Below, one piece after another: positions 36,205 to 44,782 of a stretch of DNA of 50,724 bases. A program made the translations under genes and the position numbers. This stretch comes from Acidobacteriota bacterium. Its GTDB lineage: Bacteria > Acidobacteriota > Vicinamibacteria > Vicinamibacterales > 2-12-FULL-66-21. The notes under the pieces were generated by a model, which ran no database searches, had not been told where the DNA came from, and saw only the letters and a program-made list of their open reading frames with translations. Location: positions 1-50,724 of the forward strand of contig JANPJN010000032.1 of the NCBI GenBank assembly GCA_031425515.1, read 5' to 3'. The first letter of the stretch is position 1, and the number at the start of each line of letters is the position of its first letter.

Positions 36205-37634
36205 GATGTGGCGCGTTCGAAAGCGTCCGCCGCCCGCAGGACCTGCGCGTCCTCCATCGGACGTCCCGTGAACTGCAGGCCGATCGGGAGCCGCCCGGCG
36301 GCGAAACCGCACGGGACCGTCACGGCCGGCAGCCCGGCGAGATTCGCGCTGACGGTGAAGACGTCCGACAGGTACATCCGGACAGGGTCTTCAGTCCGTT
36401 CGCCGAGCGGGAACGCCGGCGTGGGGCTCGTCGGCACGGCGATCAGATCCACGCTGCCGAACGCCTGGTCGTAGTCGCGGCGGATCAGCGTGCGCACCTG
36501 CTGCGCTTTCAGGTAGTACGCCTCGTAATACCCGGCGCTCAGCACGTAGGTCCCGAGAATGATGCGCCGCTTCACTTCGCGGCCGAACCCGTCCTCGCGC
36601 GTGCGTTCGTACATCTCGCCGAGGCTCTTCGCAGCGCGCGCACGGAAGCCGTAGCGGACGCCGTCGTACCGGGCGAGGTTGGAGCTCGCCTCGGCCGTGG
36701 CGACGATGTAGTACACGGGGATGGCCTGGGCGTTGTAGGGCAGCTCGATGTCCACGATGCTGGCCCCGAGCCCGCGGGCGGTCTCGAGCGCCGCGTCGAA
36801 CGCTGCGAGCACCTCGGGATCGACCCCGTCGCGCAGGAGGCTGCGCGGCACGCCGATGCGCGTACCGGTGAGCCGGCCATCCGAGCCCGTCAGCGCGCGG
36901 CTGAACTCCGGTGGGTTGGCGGGCGCCGACGTGGCATCGCGCGGGTCGTGCCCGGCGATGGCGTCCATCGCGAGCGCGGCGTCCGCCACAGTGGTGGCGA
37001 ACGGTCCGATCTGGTCGAGCGATGAGGCGAAGGCGATGAGGCCGTAGCGTGAGACTCGGCCGTAGGAGGGTTTGAAGCCCACGACGCCGCAGAGCGCGGC
37101 GGGCTGCCGGATGGATCCGCCCGTGTCGGAGCCGAGCGCCAGGGGGACCATGCGTGCCGCGACCGCGGCCGCCGATCCGCCGCTCGATCCGCCCGGGATC
37201 CGATCCAGCGCCCACGGGTTGCGGGTCGGTCCGTACGCCGAGTTCTCCGTGGAGGAGCCCATGGCGAACTCGTCGCAGTTGGTCTTGCCGACGATGAGAG
37301 CCCCGGCGGCTTCCAGCCGTTCGACGACGGTGGCGTCGTAGGGGGGACGGTAGCCCTCCAGCATGCGCGAGCCGGCGGTCGTTTCGATGCCGCGCGTGCA
37401 GATGTTGTCTTTGACGGCGACCGGAACGCCGAGCAGCGGCAGGGAGGCGTCCTGCCCGGCATCGAGCGCGGCGGCGCGGGCGAGCGCGCGCTCGGGGGCG
37501 AGCGCGCGAAACGCGTTGATGGCCCCGTCGGCCGCCGCGATTCGGTCGAGCGCGGCGCGGCAGGCGTCTACGGCCGAGAGCTGCCTGGCGGCCACCGCGT
37601 CGCGAATGGCGCGTGCGCTGAACGGCGTCGGCAT
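36156..37634 (-). CDS. gatA: Asp-tRNA(Asn)/Glu-tRNA(Gln) amidotransferase subunit A
   Basis: Amidase signature [13 protein letters not shown] and [18 protein letters not shown]. The ATG at 37634 shares its A with the gatC TGA. Confidence 0.95.
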   Translation of the reverse strand: MPTPFSARAIRDAVAARQLSAVDACRAALDRIAAADGAINAFRALAPERALARAAALDAGQDASLPLLGVPVAVKDNICTRGIETTAGSRMLEGYRPPYDATVVERLEAAGALIVGKTNCDEFAMGSSTENSAYGPTRNPWALDRIPGGSSGGSAAAVAARMVPLALGSDTGGSIRQPAALCGVVGFKPSYGRVSRYGLIAFASSLDQIGPFATTVADAALAMDAIAGHDPRDATSAPANPPEFSRALTGSDGRLTGTRIGVPRSLLRDGVDPEVLAAFDAALETARGLGASIVDIELPYNAQAIPVYYIVATAEASSNLARYDGVRYGFRARAAKSLGEMYERTREDGFGREVKRRIILGTYVLSAGYYEAYYLKAQQVRTLIRRDYDQAFGSVDLIAVPTSPTPAFPLGERTEDPVRMYLSDVFTVSANLAGLPAVTVPCGFAAGRLPIGLQFTGRPMEDAQVLRAADAFERATSWSSERPTTDLSSPAR

Positions 37635-37933
37635 CAACCCAGGACCCGTGGTACCTTGAAGAGACCGGCGGCCGTGTCGGCGTCGGCCGAGGCCGCGAGC
37701 GATTCTGCGCGCGCAAGCGACGGGACCGCCGCGTCGTCGCGCATGGCGCCCCCTCCGCCGGCCGGGTGCGACGTGGGCTCGACGCCGGACGTGTCGATGC
37801 GCTGGATCTGATCGGCGTAGTCGAGAATGCCGGCGACCTGCTGCGCGAACAGGTCCTGTTCCGCGGCGTTCAGCTCGAGCCGGGCCAGGCGCGCCGTGCG
37901 TTCGAGATCGTCGCGTGTGAAGCGGTGAGACAT
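37634..37933 (-). CDS. gatC: Asp-tRNA(Asn)/Glu-tRNA(Gln) amidotransferase subunit C
   Basis: ORF 37634..39007 trimmed to ATG 37933 ([43 protein letters not shown]...). Confidence 0.9.
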   Translation of the reverse strand: MSHRFTRDDLERTARLARLELNAAEQDLFAQQVAGILDYADQIQRIDTSGVEPTSHPAGGGGAMRDDAAVPSLARAESLAASADADTAAGLFKVPRVLG

Positions 37934-37999
37934 CTGGCGGATGCTATCACCATCGAGTTGCGCCCCGCGAGCGCGCGCGGGCGCCGGGGAGTGCAGATT

Positions 38000-38845
38000 A
38001 TGGCGATTCGACCGGCGGCGGTCGCGGGCACGTGGTATCCCGGGAGCGCCGGGGCGCTGGCGCGCGACGTGGATGCGCATCTCGCGGCCGCGGCGAGCAC
38101 GCCGAGCGGGGATGTCCGCGCGATCATCGCGCCTCACGCCGGCCTGATGTTCTCCGGTCCTGTCGGCGCGCACGCGTACCGGGCCGCGTCGGGCAGCGCG
38201 TTCGACGTGGCGGTGCTCGTCGGCCCCTCCCACTTCATGGCGTTCGACGGCGCGGCGGTGTGGCCGGACGGGGCGTTCGAGTGCCCCCTCGGTCCGGTGC
38301 TGATCGACGCCCACACGGCACGCGCACTCCTGGCATTTCCGGTCGTGCGGGCGTTGCCGGCGGCCCACGTGCGGGAACACGCGCTCGAAATGCAGCTCCC
38401 GTTCCTGACGCGGGTACTTCCGTCGCTGCCGATCGTGCCGGTGCTCATCGGCCGGCAGGAGCGCGACACGATCCAGTCCCTCGCCTCGGCGATCGCCTCC
38501 GTGTGCGCGGGCCGCCGTGCGCTGATCGTGGCCAGCACCGACCTGTCGCACTATTTCGACGCCGGCACGGCGGCGACGCTCGATGGCCGCGTGCAGGAGT
38601 ATGTTGCGCAGTTCGACCCGGAGGCGCTCCTCGAGCTGTTCGAGCAGTACCCCGAAGGGGAGCGCGGGCGCTACGTGGCGTGCGGCGGCGGGGCGGCGAT
38701 TGCCGTCATGCTCGCGGCGCGGACGCTCGGCGCGACGGCCGGGCGCGTGCTGCACTACGGTCATTCGGGGCAGGTCTCCGGCGACTACGACGGCGTGGTC
38801 GGCTACCTGGCCGCAGCCTTCGGGAACTTCGCCGATGCTCACTGA
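38000..38845 (+). CDS. amrB: AmmeMemoRadiSam system protein B (MEMO1 family)
   Basis: ATG 38000 (MAIRPAAVAGTWYPGSAGAL...IIAPHAGLMFSGPVGAHAY...GPSHF...STDLSHY...ACGGGA). Confidence 0.88.
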   Translation: MAIRPAAVAGTWYPGSAGALARDVDAHLAAAASTPSGDVRAIIAPHAGLMFSGPVGAHAYRAASGSAFDVAVLVGPSHFMAFDGAAVWPDGAFECPLGPVLIDAHTARALLAFPVVRALPAAHVREHALEMQLPFLTRVLPSLPIVPVLIGRQERDTIQSLASAIASVCAGRRALIVASTDLSHYFDAGTAATLDGRVQEYVAQFDPEALLELFEQYPEGERGRYVACGGGAAIAVMLAARTLGATAGRVLHYGHSGQVSGDYDGVVGYLAAAFGNFADAH

Positions 38846-39374
38846 GGCGCAGAAGGCCACGCTGATCGGTCTGGCCGCTGCCGCGGTACGCGCCCGGGTG
38901 GGCGGCACCGCCCCGGTCACGGAGCGGCTGGATGTCGAGCTCCCTGCCGCCTCGGGTGTGTTCGTCACGCTCAAGGCCATGGGCCACCTGCGGGGATGCC
39001 TGGGCACTCTTCAGCCCACGCACGATCTCGCCCGCGAGGTGGCGCGCTGCGCCGCCGATTCGGCCAGTGCGGATCCGCGCTTCGCCCCTGTGTCGGACGC
39101 CGAACTGCCGCAGCTGTCGATTGAGGTGTCGGTGCTCGGGCCGCTGGAGCCGGTCAATCCGGCCGAGCCCGGCGCGATCGCGATCGGCCGGCACGGCCTC
39201 GTCGCGGAGCAGGGCGGCCGTCGCGGCCTCCTGCTTCCGCAGGTCGCCACCGAGTGGAACTGGACCGTCGAGGAGTTCCTCCGCCAGACCTGCGCCAAGG
39301 CGGGCCTGCCCGGGGACGCCTGGCGGCACGGCGCGCGGGTGTTCCGCTTCGAAGCGGAAGTCTTCGGCGCATGA
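38835..39374 (+). CDS. amrA: AmmeMemoRadiSam system protein A (AMMECR1 domain)
   Basis: ATG 38835 overlaps the amrB end by 11 nt. SGVFVTLKAMGHLRGCLGTLQPT...ADPRFAPV...IEVSVLGPLE...GRHGLV...GLLLPQVA. Confidence 0.88.
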   Translation: MLTEAQKATLIGLAAAAVRARVGGTAPVTERLDVELPAASGVFVTLKAMGHLRGCLGTLQPTHDLAREVARCAADSASADPRFAPVSDAELPQLSIEVSVLGPLEPVNPAEPGAIAIGRHGLVAEQGGRRGLLLPQVATEWNWTVEEFLRQTCAKAGLPGDAWRHGARVFRFEAEVFGA

Positions 39375-39422
39375 GGCGCGGCTTGGGGTGCGCGAGGCTG
39401 CGCCAGCGGGTCGGGGGCTGAC

Positions 39423-40319
39423 ATGCCACGGCTCGGCGCACACCTGTCCATTGCCGGGGGGCTGCCGCGCGCGGTCGATCGCGCCGCCGCATCACGCTGC
39501 CAGGCGCTGCAGATCTTCACCAAGTCGGCCGGTCAGTGGCGGGCGCGTCCGCTGCCCGCCGACGAGGTCGCGCTGTTTCGCCGGCGCGTGGCGGACACCG
39601 GCATCGCGCCCGTAGTCGCGCACAACAGTTATCTGATCAACCTCGCAGCCGCCGCGCCGGCCCTGCGTGCGCAGTCGGTCGCGGCGCTCGGCGAGGAGCT
39701 CGACCGCGCGGAGCTGCTCGGCCTCGACGCCCTCGTCATGCATCCGGGGTCCTACACGACCGGCACCGAAGCCGGCGGCCTGCGGCTCATCGTCGAGGGG
39801 CTGGCCGCCGTCCTGGCCGCGCGTCCGAGGGGCCGGACCATGGTGCTGCTGGAACATACGGCGGGGCAGGGGACGAACCTCGGTCACCGCTTCGAGCACC
39901 TGGCGTCCATCATCGCGGGACTGGATGGATCGGCTCGCGTCGGCGTCTGCCTCGACACCTGCCACCTGCTCGCCGCCGGCTACGACGTGTGCTCGGAGGC
40001 CGGCTACGACGCCACCTTCCGCGAGTTCGACGCGCACGTCGGCCTCGACCGGCTGCGCGCCTTTCACCTGAACGACTCGAAAAAGCCGTGCGGCAGCCGG
40101 GTCGATCGGCACGAACACATTGGCAAGGGCTGCCTCGGGCTCGAGCCGTTCCGGCGGCTGCTGCAGGATTCTCGCTTCACGGACCTGCCGATGATCCTCG
40201 AGACGCCCAAGCTCGAGACGCCCAAGCTCGAGACGCCCGCGAGCCGGCGTCAGAGCGACGTCGATCCCTGGGACGCGCGAAACCTGCGCACGCTCCGGCG
40301 CCTGATGCGGACGGTATAG
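39423..40319 (+). CDS. nfo: deoxyribonuclease IV (endonuclease IV)
   Basis: LGAHLSIAGG...QIFTKSAGQW...VAHNSYLINLA...HPGS...LEHTAGQG...CLDTCHLLAAGYD...HLNDSK...DRHEHIGKG...MILETP. Confidence 0.93.
   Translation: MPRLGAHLSIAGGLPRAVDRAAASRCQALQIFTKSAGQWRARPLPADEVALFRRRVADTGIAPVVAHNSYLINLAAAAPALRAQSVAALGEELDRAELLGLDALVMHPGSYTTGTEAGGLRLIVEGLAAVLAARPRGRTMVLLEHTAGQGTNLGHRFEHLASIIAGLDGSARVGVCLDTCHLLAAGYDVCSEAGYDATFREFDAHVGLDRLRAFHLNDSKKPCGSRVDRHEHIGKGCLGLEPFRRLLQDSRFTDLPMILETPKLETPKLETPASRRQSDVDPWDARNLRTLRRLMRTV
40197..40241 (+). repeat. in-frame 15-nt tandem repeat (CTCGAGACGCCCAAG x2 plus a 12/15 third copy) inside nfo
   Basis: Encodes LETPK-LETPK-LETPA directly at the conserved ILETP motif. Confidence 0.9.
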
Positions 40320-40326
40320 TAGACAG

Positions 40327-41208
40327 ATGCGCAGATTGATCGTCGTCGGGTCTCTCGTGCTGGCCTTCGCCGCGGCGCCGCAGCCGGCGGCCGCCTGGGG
40401 ACTGGACGTCCACAAGTTCATCGTGGCGCGCGCGATTCCCCTGCTGCCGATCGAGATCCGGCCGTTCTTCGTGAAGTATCAGGTGGAGGTCGTCGAGCAC
40501 TCGGTCGATCCGGACCTGTGGCGCACGGCCGGGTGGCTCGAAGAGCCGCCGCGCCATTTCCTAGACATGGACGCGTACGGGCCGTACCCGTTCACGGCGC
40601 TGCCTCGTGCGCAGGACGCCGCGATCCGGAAGTACGGCGCCGCCTTCGTCGAGAAGAACGGCACGCTGCCGTGGCGTTCAGAAGAGATCTACGGGAAGCT
40701 GGTGGAGGCCTTCACGCAGAAGACCGGGTACTCGCGCAGCAACATCCGGTTCTTTTCCTCCGTGCTCGCGCACTACGCCGCCGACGCGCACGTCCCGTTT
40801 CACGCCGCGCTCAACTACGACGGACAGCTCACCGGCCAGTGGGGGATTCACGCCCGGTTCGAGACGGAGCTGTTCGAGCGTTATCAGTCGCGCCTGACGA
40901 TCGCGCCGCGGCCCGTGGCCTCCGTGGCCGGTACGCGCGACATGATTTTCGATACACTCGTGGCAGGTTTTCCCCTCACGCAGCCGCTCCTCGATGCCGA
41001 CAGGGCCGCGGTACAGGGGCGGACGGCCTACGACGATCAGTACTTCACGCTCTTCTTCGACAAGGCGCAGCCGATTCTCGAGCGCCGGCTCTCCGAGGCC
41101 ATCACCGGTGTGGCGTCGCTCGTCACCTCCGCCTGGATCGACGCTGGTCGCCCGGCCGTTCCGGTGCAGGAGGTTCGCACGCCCCGGCCCGTCCGACGCC
41201 CGCAGTAG
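40327..41208 (+). CDS. secreted S1/P1 nuclease-like / zinc phospholipase C-like hydrolase
   Basis: A signal peptide ends ...AAAWG, then WGLDVHKFIV (WGxxGH-like), ...VLAHYAADAHVPFHAA... The family assignment is tentative. Confidence 0.6.
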   Translation: MRRLIVVGSLVLAFAAAPQPAAAWGLDVHKFIVARAIPLLPIEIRPFFVKYQVEVVEHSVDPDLWRTAGWLEEPPRHFLDMDAYGPYPFTALPRAQDAAIRKYGAAFVEKNGTLPWRSEEIYGKLVEAFTQKTGYSRSNIRFFSSVLAHYAADAHVPFHAALNYDGQLTGQWGIHARFETELFERYQSRLTIAPRPVASVAGTRDMIFDTLVAGFPLTQPLLDADRAAVQGRTAYDDQYFTLFFDKAQPILERRLSEAITGVASLVTSAWIDAGRPAVPVQEVRTPRPVRRPQ

Positions 41209-41283
41209 CCTCTCACGCCGCTCGGCGTGGCATCACGCTTGCAAGCTTGACGTCGGCCGCAATCGGGCGGCAGGAGGCTTCAC

Positions 41284-41427
41284 ATGCTTTGGACCGTAGT
41301 CGTGGTGTTGCTGGTGTTGTGGCTGCTCGGTTTCACGATGAACGTGGCGGGCGGTCTGATTCACGCCCTCCTCGTCATCGCCCTGATCGTCATCGTCTTC
41401 CGCCTGTTGAGCGGACGCCGCGTCTGA
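41284..41427 (+). CDS. lmo0937-family small membrane protein (47 aa)
   Basis: Below the ORF-track size cutoff. AGGAGG lies 8 nt upstream. MLWTVVVVLLVLWLLGFTMNVAGGLIHALLVIALIVIVFRLLSGRRV matches the family pattern as I recall it. Confidence 0.75.
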   Translation: MLWTVVVVLLVLWLLGFTMNVAGGLIHALLVIALIVIVFRLLSGRRV

Positions 41428-41568
41428 ACGCGCCCGTCAGTTCCGTCGTCTCATAGACGGTCGATCGCTCCCTCGTGTCCGCGAGCCGGGCTGCGTCCGC
41501 GACAGATGTTCGCGCCGGCGGCCTGGCGCGCGGGGCGAGCGGCGTCTCTGATGATCGTGCCTTCCCCC

Positions 41569-42237
41569 ATGAACGTATACCTCGTGCCCGTTACCGCCGA
41601 TCGCTACGAGTTGTACTGCGAGGTCCCGGACGAACCGCCGGACCCCGCGGCGCCGGCCGAAGGCTTCTTCGGTCGTCTGAAGCACCGCTTCACCGAGATG
41701 CTGGCGGAAGCCGAACGTGAACGCCACCATGGCGCGCCGGATCGAACGGAGCAGGGCTGGTTCGGTCGCGCGAAAGCCCGGATGCTGCGGTGGGTGGCCG
41801 AGAGCATTGCCGAGCAGCGCCTGCTCTGGCACCTGCGACGGCAGACGGCGGCCTGTCTCTTCTTTCCGGACGACATGGAAGAAGCGGCGGCGGTGGCGTT
41901 TACACGCCAGGAGTTGCGGCGCGACTTCGAGAAGCACCGCTTCTGGCTGATCATCGACTCCGTGGGGTTCGCGGCGTCGGGTCTCCTGTTTCTCGTGCCG
42001 GGCCCAAACGTCGTGGCCTACTACTTTGCATTCCGGATGGTCGGCCACTATTTCTCCATGCGCGGCGCACGGCAGGGTCTCGACCATGTGACGTGGTCCA
42101 GCGAGCGCAGCGCGCCGCTGACCGAGCTGCGCCACGCTCTGGGACTTGTGGGAGAAGAACGCGATCGCCGCGTGGACGCGGTGGCGGGCGCGCTCGGTCT
42201 CGAGCACCTCGCGAAGTTCTTCGCGCGCACGGCCTGA
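41569..42237 (+). CDS. hypothetical protein with two adjacent TM helices
   Basis: MNVYLVPVTADRYELYCE...FWLIIDSVGFAASGLLFLVPGPNVVAYYFAFRMVGHYF... The start could instead be 41551 or 41506. I recognise no family. Confidence 0.6.
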   Translation: MNVYLVPVTADRYELYCEVPDEPPDPAAPAEGFFGRLKHRFTEMLAEAERERHHGAPDRTEQGWFGRAKARMLRWVAESIAEQRLLWHLRRQTAACLFFPDDMEEAAAVAFTRQELRRDFEKHRFWLIIDSVGFAASGLLFLVPGPNVVAYYFAFRMVGHYFSMRGARQGLDHVTWSSERSAPLTELRHALGLVGEERDRRVDAVAGALGLEHLAKFFARTA

Positions 42238-42242
42238 CAACT

Positions 42243-42318
42243 GTTCTACGAGGTTCTGCCGGGTTCTACGAGGTTCTACAACGTTCGGGTTCTACGGGGT
42301 TCTACGGGGTTCTTCCAG
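42243..42318. repeat. about 7.6 copies of the 10-nt tandem repeat GTTCTACGRG spanning the intergenic region and the last codons of lpxD
   Basis: gttctacgag gttctgccgg gttctacgag gttctacaac gttcgg gttctacggg gttctacggg gttcttccag. Confidence 0.9.
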
Positions 42319-43323
42319 AGCGGCGAGGCGGGCCTCGAGGTCGGCCAGGGTCTTGCGCAGCTCGGGCAAGCGGCGGAACACGGCGGAGGCGCGCAGCCAG
42401 TCGCGGTTGGCGATGGCGGGGTAGCCGGAGATGAACGACCCGGCCGGCACGGAATTGGGCACCCCGGACTGCGCGGTGGCGATCGTACCCTTGCCGATCG
42501 TGATGTGGCCGGCGACACCGACCTGCCCCGCCAGCGTCACGGCATCCTCGATCGTCGTGCTGCCGGCCACGCCGGCCTGCGCGGCGACGAGCACGTCGCG
42601 GCCGATCGTCACGCCGTGGGCAATCTGGACGAGATTGTCGATCTTCGACCCTGCCCCAATCCGCGTCTCTCCCACGGCGGGACGGTCCACGGTGGCGTTG
42701 GCGCCGATCTCCACATCGTCTTCAATCGTGACCCCGCCGACCTGCGGGATCTTGACGTGGGCGCCCTCGGCCGTCCGCGCAAAGCCGAACCCATCGCTTC
42801 CGATCACCGCCCCGTCCTGCAACACGACGCGATCGCCGATGCGGACGTGCTCGCGGATCGAGACGCGGCTGTGTACGACGCAGTCGGTGCCGAGCCGGGC
42901 GCCGCGTCCGATCGAGACATGCGAATGGACGATCGTGCCAGGTCCGATGCGCGCGCCAGCGCCCACGGCCACGAACGGGCCGATGGACGCGGACGCGTCA
43001 ATCACGGCGCCCGCGTCCACGTGAGCCAGCGGGTGGACGCCGGAGGGTGGCCGCCAGGGATCGGCGAACAGTGCCACGGCGCTCGCGAAGGCGAGATAGG
43101 GATTGGCTGTCCGCAGGACCGCGCAGGGGGCCTCGCGCACCGCCTCCCCGGCAATGACGGCGGAGGCCGCCGTCTGCTGCAGTTGCGCCGCGTACCGGCG
43201 GTTGGTGTAGAAGCTGAGATCGCCCGGGCCGGCGTCCTCCAGCCGGGCGACGCGCACGATGTCGATCGCGCCGTCTCCGTCGAGCCGGCAGCCGAGGCGA
43301 TCCGCAATCTCCCGGAGCTTCAA
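42292..43323 (-). CDS. lpxD: UDP-3-O-(3-hydroxyacyl)glucosamine N-acyltransferase
   Basis: Hexapeptide repeats are present throughout. The TTG start at 43323 ([11 protein letters not shown]) gives about 343 aa. The longer ORF would run into the divergent M16 gene. Confidence 0.9.
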   Translation of the reverse strand: MKLREIADRLGCRLDGDGAIDIVRVARLEDAGPGDLSFYTNRRYAAQLQQTAASAVIAGEAVREAPCAVLRTANPYLAFASAVALFADPWRPPSGVHPLAHVDAGAVIDASASIGPFVAVGAGARIGPGTIVHSHVSIGRGARLGTDCVVHSRVSIREHVRIGDRVVLQDGAVIGSDGFGFARTAEGAHVKIPQVGGVTIEDDVEIGANATVDRPAVGETRIGAGSKIDNLVQIAHGVTIGRDVLVAAQAGVAGSTTIEDAVTLAGQVGVAGHITIGKGTIATAQSGVPNSVPAGSFISGYPAIANRDWLRASAVFRRLPELRKTLADLEARLAALEEPRRTP

Positions 43324-43411
43324 GGACGGCAGTATACGCCAGCGGCCCGCGTGCCCTCCCGGCCTGTGGCCGTGCCATAATCGACGCCACACCCCGGATC
43401 CTGGATTGTTC

Positions 43412-44782
43412 ATGACACACGCGATCGGACGGACCTGTCTCACGCTGCTGCTGTCCTTCATCGGGTTGGCGGCCCTCGAGCCCGCCGCACGGGCGGCGGA
43501 TCGCCCGACCAGGCTCGATTACACGATGACCACGCTGGCCAACGGGCTCAAGGTGGTGTTCCTCGAGGACCACTCCACCCCGATCGTCCACACGGAAGTC
43601 TGGTATCACGTCGGATCGAAGAACGAGAAGCCCGGGCGCACCGGGTTCGCGCATCTCTTCGAGCACATGATGTTCAAGGGCTCCAAGAACGTGGAGCCGG
43701 AAGGCCACCCGTCCTGGATCTCCAGCATCGGCGGGCAGAGCAACGCCACCACGAACGAAGACGCGACCGTCTTCTGGCAGACGACTCCGGCGCAGTATCT
43801 ACCGCTGGTGCTGTGGCTCGAAGCCGATCGGATGGCCTCGCTGCGCATCAGCGAGGACGCGTTCAAGAAGGAACGCGAGGTCGTGAAGGAAGAACGGCGG
43901 ATGCGGATCGACAACCAGCCCTACGGCCGGCTGAACGAGCTCATCTACGATCAGGCCTTCACCGTCCATCCCTACAAGCACCCCACGATCGGGAGCATGC
44001 GCGACCTCGAGGCGGCGTCGGTGGACGATGTGCGCGACTTCTTCCGCACCTATTACGTGCCCGGCAACGCGACCGTCGTGATCGTGGGAGACTTCGAGAC
44101 GAAGGAGGCGCTCGCCCTCGTCAACCAGTATCTGGGCCGCGTGCCGAAAGCGGACCGTCCGGTGCCCCGCGACATTCCCCGTGAGCCGCCGCAGACGAAG
44201 GAGCGGCGCATCACGCTCGAGGAGAACTGGCCCCTGCCTGCGGTGGTCGTGGCGCACCACATCACCTTCGACGGCGATCCGGACTCCTACCCGCTCCACA
44301 TCGCGTCCAAGGTCCTGTCGGACGGCCAGAGCTCGCGCATCTACCGGAAGCTGGTCTACGAGAAACAACTGGCGCTGGCCGCATTCGGCGGCGGCAACAT
44401 CATCGAGGATCCCAATCTGTTCTACGCCGTGGCGATCGTCCAGCCCGGGCACACAACGGAGGAGACCGTCGCCGCGCTCATCGCCGAGCTCGATCGCCTG
44501 CGCAACGAGCCGGTCAGCGCGGGAGAGCTGCAGCAGGCCAAGAACCAGTTCGCGCGCGACTACATGTTCGGACGCGAGTCGAACAAGGACAAGGCCTCGC
44601 AACTCGGGCATGCCGCCGTCATCCACAACGACATCAAGACGGCGGACGGCGAGTTCGACATCTTCATGAACATCACGCAGGCCGACGTGCAGCGCGTGGC
44701 CCGCAAGTACTTCACCCCCGAGAACCGGCTGGTGATGACGATCATGCCCAGAGGCACGGCGGCCGGCGGGGGCGCTCGATGA
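43412..44782 (+). CDS. M16 (pitrilysin) family zinc peptidase, catalytic subunit, secreted
   Basis: ATG 43412 with a signal peptide. HxxEH motif [14 protein letters not shown] and downstream [11 protein letters not shown]. Confidence 0.9.
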   Translation: MTHAIGRTCLTLLLSFIGLAALEPAARAADRPTRLDYTMTTLANGLKVVFLEDHSTPIVHTEVWYHVGSKNEKPGRTGFAHLFEHMMFKGSKNVEPEGHPSWISSIGGQSNATTNEDATVFWQTTPAQYLPLVLWLEADRMASLRISEDAFKKEREVVKEERRMRIDNQPYGRLNELIYDQAFTVHPYKHPTIGSMRDLEAASVDDVRDFFRTYYVPGNATVVIVGDFETKEALALVNQYLGRVPKADRPVPRDIPREPPQTKERRITLEENWPLPAVVVAHHITFDGDPDSYPLHIASKVLSDGQSSRIYRKLVYEKQLALAAFGGGNIIEDPNLFYAVAIVQPGHTTEETVAALIAELDRLRNEPVSAGELQQAKNQFARDYMFGRESNKDKASQLGHAAVIHNDIKTADGEFDIFMNITQADVQRVARKYFTPENRLVMTIMPRGTAAGGGAR

